From positions 24,744 through 88,743 of the forward strand of contig CAJFCJ010000061.1 of assembly GCA_904063045.1 (NCBI GenBank): a DNA stretch of 64,000 bases, given 5' to 3'. The position numbers and the translations under genes were made by a program. Below, one piece after another: positions 39,931 through 52,700 of this stretch. How positions within the stretch are numbered: position 1 is the first letter of the stretch; every line of letters begins with the position of its first letter. The stretch is from Dimorphilus gyrociliatus. Taxonomy: Eukaryota; Animalia; Annelida. Under the pieces are notes generated by a model. It did not search any database. It was not told the DNA's origin and saw only the letters and a list, made by a program, of their open reading frames with translations.

Positions 39931-42895
39931 ATGGATGAAAATAAACAGTTTGATATTCTTGTTAATAGTGAAAGTATGAGAAGATATGCATTTGCTTCAT
40001 GTAAAGAACAATTTAAATTGAAAGCAAATCCTGAATACATGTATAATCTACTGATAACACTACTGCCAAAAGAAATTAAAACAGTTGAGTTTCTTAATCT
40101 AAAAGAGCCACCCTCACCTGAAGGAATAGAGAAATTGTGGGAATTACTTGAAAATTTAAACATCAGAAATTCTCTAATGATTTTGAAAAATGCAGATCTT
40201 AGAATGATTGCTGACAATATAGAAAAAGCATGGAGTAGATTAATAAATGAAGTTAAAGAAAAACATTCAAATGAACACAGCTTTGTTCAAGTTTTACCAT
40301 TTGGTAAGAAGTATAGATTCCAAGTTAAAGATATTGTCACTCCAATAGAAGTTATAAAAATTAATAAATCAATGTTTAAACAATGTCAACTGCCAACCGA
40401 AATCACTTTTTACACTTTCCACGAAGTATTATTAACGGATTTTGGAAAAATTGTCATTCAAGGCGAACCTGGAATTGGGAAAAGTGTTCATGTGAAATAT
40501 CTTTTAAATTCATGGGCTAACAATAAATGGAAGGAATTCAATGACAAACTATTCTTACTTATCTCAATAAAAGATGTTTTTATAGAGTCGAGATTAAACA
40601 ACAATACAAGTTTGTACCAATTGATAAAAGAGCAAAATTTTCCAAAAGATTCTTGTATTGATGAGACTATGATCAAAGAATGGTTTAAGGAGAAGAGAAA
40701 GGATATTATTCTCTTCATTGACGGAGCTGATGAATTGAATAGCGGTGATAACAACTCTAATTCGTGGGTAACAAGTTTAAACTCAATTATAGAGGGTGTA
40801 AACTGTTCACTTCCAACGGTTGTTTGGTGCAGAAATTGGAGAGCTGAGGAGATATTATTCAGCTGCGATTTGGCATTAGAATTAATTGGCTTCAATCGGC
40901 AACAGTTGAAAGAATTTTTTCAAAAATTTGAGGACAATACTAAATGCAATAGTTTCATTGAAGAGTTGGATAAGGCTAATATTGGAATGTTGAAGAGGAA
41001 TATGAAGATAAAATCTACAAAGATATTCTCTTGAAATCAATTAAATTACCTCAAATTTTCAAAATGAGTAGGTGTATTGCTAAAATTCTGGAAAATGATG
41101 AAACGAAAAACCTCAATGATGTAATTAAACTGAAAAAGGAGCAAATTAATAATCTAAGCCTAACCCTAACCTAACCCTAACCCTAACCGAAGTAACTTCC
41201 TGTACAGAGGAAGGAACATAGAATTGAATCTAGGTCTTCTTCTGTTACATTTTATGAAAGGTGACTTACCTAATTGTTATACCTGCGATTTTTGAAAGGT
41301 TACCCTCTAATTACTATAGAACGTAGGGTCGAGATACTGGTAATAGAGTCTAAGGCTGCCAGTCAGCCATCCTCACCTACCACCGTTAACTTCAAAGCTC
41401 CATAGCTCCGCAACCGCTGGGCCGATTTCGTTCAAATTTTGCACAGTTGCTCAGTTCAATTAGATCTAGCACTGTAAAATTTCATAACGATCGGAGCAAG
41501 TTGAAATTTCAACTTTCGTCAGTGGTCGACTTGCTTTACTGACCACCAAATAGGTGATTTGTAGCGAAATAAAGTGTGGGATCAAACCAGTACCTATCCT
41601 AAGGTATAGTAAGCCTCTCAGAGATCAGTCTGGTGGCAATCTAACCAGCCACTTTTCCCCTCTCACTTGATAAAGGAGGAATACCTCCGAAATATTGTGA
41701 GAATTTTTTTTAATTGGGAAATTGTTACAGTTGCCAAATACAGGTTCTCTTCACCTTTGTGGAGAATTTGTAAGTGTTTTTGTGGGAGACACAGTTACAG
41801 CTTAGGCTGGGGAATTGCTACTCAAGATAGCAACTCCTCAATAGCCACACCAACCCTTAGCCAAAACCTGGTTATAAGTGTGTGTGCACTTTTGGGATTA
41901 CCAGTCTGTACTGATTGTGCTAATCCCTAACCCCAAGACCTAACCTAACCCTAAAGAAATTACTATTGAGATTTTCTGAATTAATGATGGCTAGATTAGA
42001 GATAATCAACTTGTCAATATCAGATTTTAATCATTTAGATTTTGAAGATTCAAAAATTCTTAAAATTATGATGCATATGATAAAAACTCGCCAATTAAGA
42101 TATTTCAACAGTCAAAGATTCGAGTTAAAAGTTAGCATTGAGGATAATATTCAAACTATTTACATTACGGATAGATTTGAAAGTTTTGAATTGGTTATGG
42201 ATATTTATGTCGAAGAAGATGATCATGATAATGAAAGAGGATTAGGGAATAGGAAACCGGGTAAGAAATTTCAACAAATTTGGCATATGATTTCTATAAT
42301 GGCAGGCTTTGATTTGCTTTTGAATGAAATTATTCAATGCTATAATATAACTGCATTCAAATTGAATGATCATTCTCTATTGTCAAACCAACTGGCCAAA
42401 TTGGAGATATTGTTTCAGACTTTCAACCAGACTCTTCGAGTAGTTAAATTTAATTGTAGAACAATAGATAAAGAGGTTGTAGAGACTTTAAACAACTACA
42501 TGAATATTTTGAACAATTTACAATCATTTTCCATTGTTGCTTCATCGTCTGTAGATAATTGTTTGGAATTACTTATTGATAAACTACTGCAAACATGCTT
42601 TTGCAGCAATTTAAAAAATCTGGAAATTAATCTCTCATCCTACTACAATGTGGAAGTTTCCCTAAAGAGAGTACTAGAGAGATGTCAGAATTTGGAGAGG
42701 ATAGACATTTCGGGTGTAAATGTCTCGTTCAAACAGCTTAAAGAATTCGAAGATGATAGAAGATTCTCTGACAAGATTGATTCTCTTCAATTGAAAACTT
42801 GTTTCTTAAGGGATGAACTGTTAGAGATACTTAGGAATTACCATGTGCGCAGGATCTGCCATCAAGACAGAGAACACCTTCATTATCGTCATTGA
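39931..42895 (+). pseudogene. NLR-like gene (putative death-fold, NACHT, LRR-like C-terminus), disrupted
   Basis: Walker A GEPGIGKS and Walker B IILFIDGADE. There is a frame change near 40995 and an insertion at 41158-41954. The C-terminal ORF 41966-42895 has LRR-like repeats (LKNLEINL, LERIDISG). Confidence 0.8.
41158..41954. mobile_element. Composite insertion with CCCTAA-type repeats at both ends
   Basis: (C)CCTAA runs at 41158-41188 and 41925-41954. An internal imperfect inverted repeat (41422-41446 / 41472-41494) resembles non-autonomous Helentron/DINE-type cores. 41690-41930 is repeated at 48951-49200. Confidence 0.6.
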
Positions 42896-43169
42896 AGAAG
42901 AAACCTGTAAGGCGGAAGGTGGCACGAGCTTTGATGAACAAAATTTGTTTTACTACCTTAGGCCCTCTTCAAGAAAGTTTTAAACAGGGTCAACTAACTA
43001 AAAAAAACTGAGTCTATTCTAGCCAGCAGACAAACCTCCTTTCAACTAAATATCGATCTATTCCAACTGTTAGTCAACTCTACAAAAAAGCGCCGGTAGA
43101 TGGCATTGGGAAATGTGCACAAAGTGACGTCGAAAAAATTGGGAAAGGAATAGCAAGGTTAAACAATGA

Positions 43170-43470
43170 GTATCTGCACGCATATAGAAATGGGTAATTT
43201 GGTATTTCCTGTTAAATGGCGTAAGGAGTATGGCAGATTCAAGTTAAAAGAAAATATGAAAGGAAATTGGATGAGGAACAATCCAGCACTGATTCCACCA
43301 GTTGGAGCTGGTCAGTTGGATAACCATACCAAAGCAAAATGTAAAGTTTGTACGAAAACAGATCAAGGAAAGACTGCCAAATGCATAGCTCTACATTCCG
43401 CTAACACTGCATTATTTAAGACTGGATTGGGTATATAATATGAAGATTACTGCTTCGAGATACATACCAT
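43170..43470 (+). mobile_element. Possible piggyBac-like transposase C-terminal remnant
   Basis: CKVC...KTAKC...AL....YCFEIYH resembles the piggyBac cysteine-rich tail; heavily decayed. Confidence 0.4.
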
Positions 43471-44209
43471 AAATAAAATTAATTCAATTATAAATAGGTG
43501 CGATTATACTCATCCATGCCAGAATTTTGACTACACGGGAAACACTTCCATACTGTAAGCTTGTACATCCCATTGTCAAGAATATCAAAAGGTGGCTCAA
43601 TTGGAGAAAGCTGTTCAACTGGAGGACGTCGACAATGTAAAAGTTAATCGCACCATTGAAGGCTGAAATAATCTCGCTCGCCCTTATATCATCATCACTA
43701 GGACAACATTTCGACGATAGTTAATGTAATAATAGCATTTGAGAATAGAATGCAATGTCAGAAGAAAGAGAAACATCAAGATAATGAAAATGAGTTCATA
43801 CGAAGAGGAAAGAATGTTACTATCAACGCCCTTGTTGTTGTCTCTGTGGGCTGTTGGAACCCCGCTAACAAAAGGTTATTTACTAAAATGAGTATTCCCC
43901 AAGGTCGCAGAGGTCTCATGAGGAAATTAATGACTTGTAAAACACTGCAATACTCTAATGACATTGTTACAGTTCACACGAAAGGAAATAAGATACTATG
44001 AAACCTAAGGAAATTTGGAAACTCCAACTGGATGGATGAGACGGTAATGAATAATTTCTGTTCTAGTTTAACTTATCACCTGACAAGATTTTAATCAGAA
44101 TTTAATCAGTCAAACCAAGCATACCACCATTTTCAATATTAAGGACGAGTATAAACTATGCATTTATGACTCATTTTTATTTGTTTAATTCGTGGAAACT
44201 GGTGCAAAA

Positions 44210-44315
44210 TTGACATATACATTTGTCAGCTCTATTCTACAATATATAAGTAGTATTGAACTGGGATTGCACTGTTCTGATTGCACTGATAGAGAGAGAT
44301 AAGCAGTATTGCCAT
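44210..44315. repeat. R1 terminal fragment, inverted
   Basis: CATATACATTTGTCAGCTCTATTCTACAAT matches the reverse complement of 3870-3960; a further piece lies at 45995-46090. Confidence 0.8.
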
Positions 44316-44399
44316 AGTTTTGATTTTCTGCAATTACAAAAAATATGAAAAAAAACTTCAGTTGATAATAGCTCAAGCTTCAACTTAACTATTTTCAGC

Positions 44400-45290
44400 T
44401 TTTTTACTGATTTGCACTATTATTACTATTTGGAAAAGTGTCATCTTACTTATATATTCGTTTTGCAGAATACTGGAATAACCTCTCTTCACTTGTTTTT
44501 ATCTATTTCTCTTAATTTCAATCTCAGTCTTTTTCAAGACTTTTGCAGGCCTCCCACAATCACCATGCTTTTTATAGGTTGGTTTGGGAGTGTATTGCAC
44601 TGTTGATCTTTTTATCTTCTTGCTTCAGGAGTCTCTTCATATATTTTCCCCTCTGCTACCTTCTCTTTTACAATGCAATATATTTCCTTTGAATGCATTT
44701 CTGTAATTTCATCAACCAACTAAGGTTCAAACAGAGAGAAACCCCAAAATTAAATTCTTGAAATAGTTCAAAATGAGTCCTCAGAAGGACAAAGAACCCA
44801 TAACTTTGTTCTTCTACGGATTTTGCTATGCTCCAAATGGATAGGCTTATGAGGACTCTGGACTGCTCATCATTCCATCCAGATCTTAACCAAGCAGACA
44901 CGTTGAATTTCCTTACAACTACCTGGATTGCTTCTAAGTGCTTGCTTTCATTCCGACCTTTGTAGTCAGCATAAGCCTCCTCAATATCTGGCTTAGTTCT
45001 TCGTGCTACTCAATATTATTTTCATGAATTATGCCTAAGCTTTCTTGTCTTGAAAAGGTGTCACTTACATGCGCTCTTGATTTACCCATACCTCGACCTG
45101 AGGAATCTTACAGCACTCTTGTAACCATCTAGACAAGACACTCTCATGCCTTGCCCCGAAACTTTCAAACATGTCAAGTTCCCCATCAAACATAATTGAG
45201 GTGTTTGGGATCTTTCTATTTGTCAGATTGTAGTTCCTGACTTCTCATCCAGCTTCTTCTTTAGCTGTTGATCTCTTCTCAGCTGTTTGG
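44400..45290 (-). mobile_element. Possible decayed CR1/L2-type LINE fragment
   Basis: Relatively GC-rich tract. The peptides RDQQLKKKLDEK (ORF1-end-like) and WLMKLQKCIQRKY (ORF2-linker-like) occur among many stops. Confidence 0.3.
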
Positions 45291-45834
45291 CTTGACACAT
45301 ATTGGTATATAAATGTAGTCATTGAACAAATAGGGGTTCTTAGGAAACCATTATTCACTGACTATATTAATATAACCCATGAAAGTTTTTACTAATGATA
45401 ATTAATAATTTTAGGTACACACGTATACACAGTGAATTATAGGATGTGAATGATGACTATCAGTTTTAAATATAGAGACGTAACGTTTAAGACATGATAA
45501 CGGTTATGATCATTTGGTACGTTGCCAAATATAGGCGATGTTTTCATTTATTACATAAATATATATAATAGTATAGAGCGTACCTCGCACACAATGCTAT
45601 TGTTAAGCATTCATATTAAATAGTATTGAGTTTAGTCTATGCTTTTCTAAAATTTTCTATCAAACTGAAGTACACAGGAAGATAATTTTGATAGAAAGCA
45701 AGATGAACAAAACTTATAATAAAAGTTAGGTACAACAAGGGATTTATGGACACTTTCTTATTGCAAAAGGCTTTTAAATTGGTTTATTACCTAATAGGAG
45801 CACATTGTAAATAGACTGAGAAAATTATAATTTT

Positions 45835-45989
45835 GGCTACACCTAACCTTTTCCTTTATCCTTAATCCTTAGATGAGACCCATCCCCTTCCCTAAGTAGA
45901 AATCAGTCACCGTCTTTCTCCTCCTTAGCATTTTTAAATCCAAAACCTAGCCTAGAAATTTCTCATTTATAGACATTTTCTGTTCACCC
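45835..45989. mobile_element. Partial A-type MITE
   Basis: The reverse complement aligns with 36705-36850. Confidence 0.8.
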
Positions 45990-46481
45990 TGTCTAGAACT
46001 AGTATTGTACTGTGCTGATTGCAATGAAAGAGATAAGCATGTTGACCTACTTTCATGTGGTGCAGTGCATATTATATGCATGGCAAAATGTTTTCTTAAA
46101 TTGCAGACAATTATTAGGATTGATTCAATTACATGTCAATATGCTACAATTATAATACACTATGTTATATACATGAAAATATGTTAAATTCATAACAACT
46201 TCCCTATGAAATACAATTTAGTACATTGACAAAAATGTGTTTTTACCACTTGCATGCAAAGTGAATGGTATATTATTCACAAAGACATTACTTTTGCACA
46301 CAATTGATTTTTAAATTCATATTTTTCAATATTCCTATAAAAAATAAAAAAGATAACTGCAAGTGTACTCCTCATTATTTTTTTATTATAGTAGAACAAC
46401 TGCAGGCCAACTATGGCCATTTACTTACTAACTTCATTTATATTACATTTTTTCTTTACAAAAGAACTATTTAAAAAAATT

Positions 46482-48504
46482 ATGAATTCACGTAATCTAA
46501 ATACTAATGAAAAGTTGTGTCTTAATTACTTCAAGGAAGATGTTAAAGAATTACTTAAAACTCAATCAGTCTTTGATAGCTTTACAACAAAATTGGACTA
46601 CTTAAAAATATTAAATACTGATGACAAGTATAAACTACAAAAACAATATGATAGTGAGCAAAAAAGTTTGGCAATATCTTCAATCTTTGAAATTTTGTGC
46701 CAGTTGAATTTTTGTGATTTGTGGGAAGTTTTTTTTAATATTGATCATTTAAATTGTGAATGAATAGCAAAGTGTTTATCCAACAGAGAGATTGCATGGC
46801 AAAAATTGATTTTTGATACTAAAATAGAAAGACAAAAAGAATTTACAACAATTCCATTACTCCCTTTTACAAAAGCTGAAGTCAAAATATCAGATATTGT
46901 AACATCTATTGAAATATCCAAAGTACATAAAATTGATATAATTGATAAGGAATTGCAGGAAACAGAATTTGACTATACATAGACATTTGGAAATTTCCAA
47001 TGATAAACCTATTAACAACATTTCAATTAACTTTTTAAAACCACAGCAAATGAGAGGAACTGCAAAATTAAAGATAAATTTGTTGGATTGTTGTCTAGAG
47101 GTAAACAACAATGATCTTTGTCAAGGTAAAAACATTTTTCAACAGAGTCTTGCTCTGTTTGACTTTGACGAGATTTTATCATTGTTTGTCCTCAAAGACA
47201 GCTTTCTACCTATTTTTAGCCAATACAGCAAAACGGAACGGCTTACTAAACTACTTTCAAAATGTTTTCATTTGGAAGAGTTTAACTTAGAAGTGAAAGA
47301 AAATAGACAAATGAATGAAGTTTTCTATTGCAAACTATTTTTTGAATCCTTACACTACTCAGTAAAAACTTTAATGGTAATTAACTTAAGGAACTGCAAC
47401 TTGTCAAATGCATGCGGTAAAGAACTGGCTAATCTCTTGGAAAAGTGTCATTCCATTGAATATATAGATATCCATGGCAATAAATCAATGTGTGACGCCA
47501 TTGTAAAAATCATAACGTCTCTTCAATCCTCATTCGAAAGTCTGAAGCATTTGGATATAGGTAATTGTAATTTGGGGAATCGCCATGGAGTTGTTCTTGT
47601 TGATCTCTTCAAAAAGTGTACAACTATTGAATTTGTTGATATAAGTGATAATAGTTCAATTGGCAAAGATATCGGAAAAATCTTTGTGTCCTTGACAGTG
47701 AATTCAACAGAAATACTGCAAAATTTCAACATTAGTAACTGCAATATAGCGGAAAATGATTCATTTGTTTTTATAAAAACTCTGAAACAGTTTTCTGCTT
47801 TAAAACTTTTGGATGTTAGCTCAAATGGTTTGATTGGCAGGGCTATTGGTGGGATAAAGCAATCTTTGGAGAATTCATCAGACAGTCTTAGATATTTAAA
47901 GTTTAACAACTGTAATATAGCCAAACAAGATAAACGTTCTCTTACCGTCAAACTGCAAAGATTTCCCTCCATATTATTTCTGGATTGCAGTTCGAACGAG
48001 TTCATTGGTGATGATGTTGTTATTATCATAAAGGTTATGGAAAAGTCTTTTGAAACTCTTAACCATATCAACTTGAGTTATTGTAATATAAGTGATGAGC
48101 ATGGCCAGCTGTTTGCTATGTATCTAAAAAACTTTTACAATCTAAAACATTTGGACATTAGTCATAATAATCGGATTGGGAAAGCTGTTGAAAAGATAGT
48201 AAAGTCTCTTAAAAATTCATCGGAGACTTTGAAACACCTGGATTTTAGTTATTGTCAGATAACAACATTGGCCGCTTCCTATCTTGCAGATAGTATCAAG
48301 GAATTCTTTTCTCTACAATATCTAAATGTTAGTGGCAATTCTGCAATTAATGAAAAAAGGGCCCAGTTTGCAAACAATTTAAAGCATTTATCAAAGATAA
48401 TGGTCTATATGAATTTTAGCCATTGCTCAATTCATCCAATTCACAGACAGGAGATGACAGAGTCATTTAAAGATTTTGCCCTGCTGAAAGATTGTATTTT
48501 CTAG
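46482..48504 (+). pseudogene. NLR-derived gene: death-fold (CARD-like) plus RI-type LRRs, NACHT missing
   Basis: Helical N-terminus, then TGA at 46761. The pre-NACHT segment aligns with the 39931 protein up to ~46980, followed by a frame jump into a 520-aa LRR ORF with no Walker motifs. Confidence 0.75.
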
Positions 48505-48789
48505 GAGAAGTTGATTTTTGGAAAGGAGTAGAAGAAGAATGAGAAGATGAAGTAGAAAATTAGCAATTATTGTATTCTATATTTTGCAGTAGAATAAACT
48601 ATATTTCACAATTTTGAGTTGTAAGCATCTTTTTTTGCAGTATTTCCTATAAAAAATGACCATAAGATTTTCACAATATCATAGATATTTTCTCTAAAAA
48701 TATATCTTACCCAACAATTGAGTTCTAATGTAAATGATATAGGCCTGAAATTGATGGTTTAAAAAATCAGTTGAGCTGGTTAAAGATTT

Positions 48790-48955
48790 CTTCTGATAGA
48801 GAATATACCACATGGATAATAAATTATTATCAAATATTTGTAAACAACTTCATAATTCATCAAATACTTTCGAAAAATATTAATTTTTCAAATTGTTCTT
48901 TAAACATGGAAGATTGTAAAGACATTGGAAATCTTTTTAAAAATTGTTCCAAATA
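48790..48955 (+). pseudogene. RI-type LRR fragment
   Basis: NICKQLHNSSNT..NFSNCSLNMEDCKDIGNLFKNCSK resembles LRRs of the 35627 ORF; interrupted by a repeat. Confidence 0.7.
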
Positions 48956-49200
48956 TTGGGAGTTTTTTAACTTGTGAAAAATTGTGAATTTCTGAAGTAC
49001 AGGTTCTTTTCACCCTTGTTGAGATTTTGTTTTTGGTTAGGTTAGAGATACAGGCTGATAGCTTAGGCTAGAATCTGCTACTTAAGACAGTAATTAGTTC
49101 CTAATAGCTACACCAACCCTAAGTCTAGCAAGCTTATAATGTGAGTGCATTTGGGAAATTACCAGTCCTTAGTGATTGTGCTAATTAGACCCCTAACTCT
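48951..49200. repeat. Repeat R3 with telomere-like segments
   Basis: Collinear with 41690-41955. Confidence 0.75.
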
Positions 49201-49763
49201 AAAAGAAAACAAGAGAGAATTTTGCAATGTTTGTTCTTTGTATTGAGTGAATGTTTACATTTTTAAACTCTCATTCTCTTCTGCAATAGCTTTCTACAAA
49301 CTTGTCCATATGAAAGAATATCTTTCTTGTCTAAATCATTTCTTAAAGGTAGAAGAACAACTGGTTTGATATAGAATTTTTTTCTAAATGAATTTAAATG
49401 CTGTTATATTTAAAAAAAGAAATATTATTTAAAAGAGACAATAATTTTTTCATTATTAACTTTATATATGATCATAGATTCATTGAACTCTCCATTTAGT
49501 GTAAAACTATTACTATGGCAATACTGTATTCCTTTGATAGAACAATAGAATATGTTTAATATTTTATTAATATAAGAAACATTTTCTATCCAATCAGCAC
49601 GTTGAAAACGATGATAACAATTCTTACATTCAAAAATACAGTTGCAAAATGTAATGTTATTCAAAGGAGAATTTTTCATAAAACTACCAGCTTGAAATTG
49701 TCTTTTTGTTTGTAAAAACTATTTAGACTAAAATAAACTTACCGGAAGTTCTTACTTGACTAG

Positions 49764-52700
49764 CTAATAGTTCGTCTGCTTTAAGTCTAAGGAAAACACA
49801 GTGGAATAATAATTTGAGGAAAAAAGAGATTGAAAATTAAAAGACCTTTCTTTTAAGGCATTAACTCTTTTTAATTTAGTCATTTTAAAAAATTGAGAGG
49901 AATTGTGAAAAAATGGATTAAGAACAGAATTAATTGGTATAAAGATAAGGATAATTAATGAATAGATATCATTACTCATCTCAATATGAATAATATTTGA
50001 TTAAATACCTATATAAACAAACAATTATTATAAATTTGAACAAAATGGAGTCTCACACCAAGCAGAGATATTGGTATTGAGCATAATAGATTTGTTGTTA
50101 TTATTAAATAAATCTTTTTTGATAATGATTTCCTACCAAAAGTAACAGTTTTATTATCAAACATTTCCAAGTTTCTATTCACAGCTGTTATTATTTTAAT
50201 ATAACAAAATGTGCTTAAGAGCGATATTACAAAGATATATAATCCAAAAATTGTAAAAGAATATAATGTCTCATTTCCCAGTTCACTTCTTATGTGTAAT
50301 TTGAAACAGATGGGTGAGTTATTGAAATAATCCTTTAGGGAAAGAGAGAAGAAATAGTGGACATATATATATATATATATAGTTTTTTAAAAATAATTTT
50401 AATACCTTGAAGTAATAAACTGGAAATGCACCTAGACAACCATTTAGAATGATGTTTCCAACAGTTATTCCAATCATCATATTACCCTTTTTAAATATAT
50501 TTTTCATATTGTAGAAAATTCCTAAATACCTTTGAAGACTTATCCAAAGGAGGCTTGTAGTAGAAGATAATAGAGAAAAATCCAATTATTTTACAAGTAT
50601 AGCCAGTTGTCCACTCTTCTTCATACTCAAAAAATCTACCCTCATAATAGACATTTGACACTGCTATGGAGATTAAATAGACACTTGTTATCATATCAGA
50701 AAATGACATTGATAAATAGAATGTATTGCTCCAATTATTCATTGCAGTAATATATAGATAAATGCAAATAGAATTCATTATCATTCCCAAAAGTCCAAAT
50801 ATCCATATAAGAATATTGAAAAGAAGTGAAGCTAGTAAATCTGAACATGTATTAAATACTGAAGAATTAGGAGTACAATCCTTAATTGATTTTGCATATT
50901 TCCAGGCAAAACAACATAATCTATAATATTCACTTTTTATCACTTCAACTTTTTCAAGATTTTCAATTAAAAGTTTCATATGATGACCTTTGGATAATTT
51001 TGTTAAAGTTAAATCAAGAGTTTTGATATTAGCTATTCCGAATATTTGCTCCTCAACACTATCCAATTGACAGCCCTTTATACTCAAAAATGTCAAATGC
51101 TTTAACCTGAACAATGATCTAAATTCTAGAGAAGTGATTTTTGTAAATGAAATATCAAGTTTTCTTAAAAATTCATAAGTGCTAAAACTAGGTAGCCTGT
51201 CAATAGGATTATGAGAAATGTCAAAAGCTTGCAACATTGGATTTCTCTTTTGTAATACTAAAAGTGGATTATTTATTTGATTTCTTGTTAAATTTAATAA
51301 CACTAGATTTGGTGTGGAGAGATTTTTGAAGACATTATCTAGTTTTGAATTTTGAATTTTTATGTCAGCTAACTCCAATGATTCCATTGAACCAGTTAAT
51401 TGGAAAAAGTTTTCAATGTGCATTCTTTTAAGTTTGAGTGAAGAAACCTTTCCAAAATCAAATACTTTATGCATTTTTTCGGATGATTGACAATAAATCT
51501 CATATGCTAGAGGACAAGAACAAAAAGATGGGCATGAATTGTTAGCTTGAATGCAGAAAATTTCATCATTTCCTTCTCGACAGTTGATTATTCCGTCGCA
51601 AATGCTACTGATACTGATATATTTATTTTGTCGTTCGCATTTAAAAAACCCTTTAGGTTTGTAATTATCTAGAGGAATTGGGGACAAAAAGGCAAAAAAA
51701 CAAAAACAAAAAACAAACAAACAAACAAAATATCTACCACAATTGATTTCATCATCATTATACCAACAATGATTAATGCCATCACAAACTTGCTCAATTG
51801 ATATACAATAATGCGATGTTTTGCATAAAAGCTCACCAATTTTACAGAAATGTTTAAAACAGTTGGATATTAACCCATGTGGTTTTCTCACGTTTGTTCG
51901 TAAATTACCCATAGAGTCATATATTATGTTGCATCTGTTACTTGATTCCTCTCGTTTACGTATTCTTCAAGATAGAAATTTATATATTCATTAAAAAAAA
52001 TGATACTCGAGGAGAATGTCCTGATTATTCAAAAAAATTATTTGGCTTATTATAGGCTTAATTAATCTCCTATTAGATTATGAGTTTTGAATCTTAGATA
52101 ACTACTCAATTACCTATATTATATACTATTTTACTTTACTACATGTTTACTGATTCTAGCTATGGTAAACCATAAATTTAAAAAAAATAAAGATTTATAC
52201 AAATCAATTCTGTATTCAATTCCTTGAGAACAAATACTGCTATCTTCATCACTTCCATCCATACAATCTGTTACATAATCGCATTCCAAATTCTTTAATA
52301 CACATACATTATCGCATAAAATATGAGTTTTTCTACTACATCCTTTTTTTTTTAAATTTTCAAAATTACAAAAATTACCCTACAAACATTTCAATTTCAT
52401 TTTAAATCTATTTACCAAATTCTTGTAAATGTGTTGATTTTTGATTTGAAAATAAATGACACTGCTCATCACTTCCATCAAAACAGTTTTTTTCAGAATT
52501 ACAAATGTTTTCTTCAGTAATACATTCCATATTTTTACAATGTCTACATTTATGAGATTTTGTTGATTTTATTTAATGGAAAAATGGAAAAAATACTTTT
52601 CTTGTAGTGAACATGGTTTCTTAACTAATTCAAAAAAAGAAAATTAAGTTTTGTTTTGTTCTTAAACAAAAAAAAAACAACTTACTGCAATGATTTTCAT

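Noticed and set aside
41158-41190. True telomere or chromosome fusion point
   Set aside because: Only a few degenerate CCCTAA units, embedded in interspersed elements.
47523-48071. 182-aa antisense ORF (also 40488-40895, 11040-11327 and 19356-19586)
   Set aside because: These are shadow ORFs opposite well-supported coding frames.
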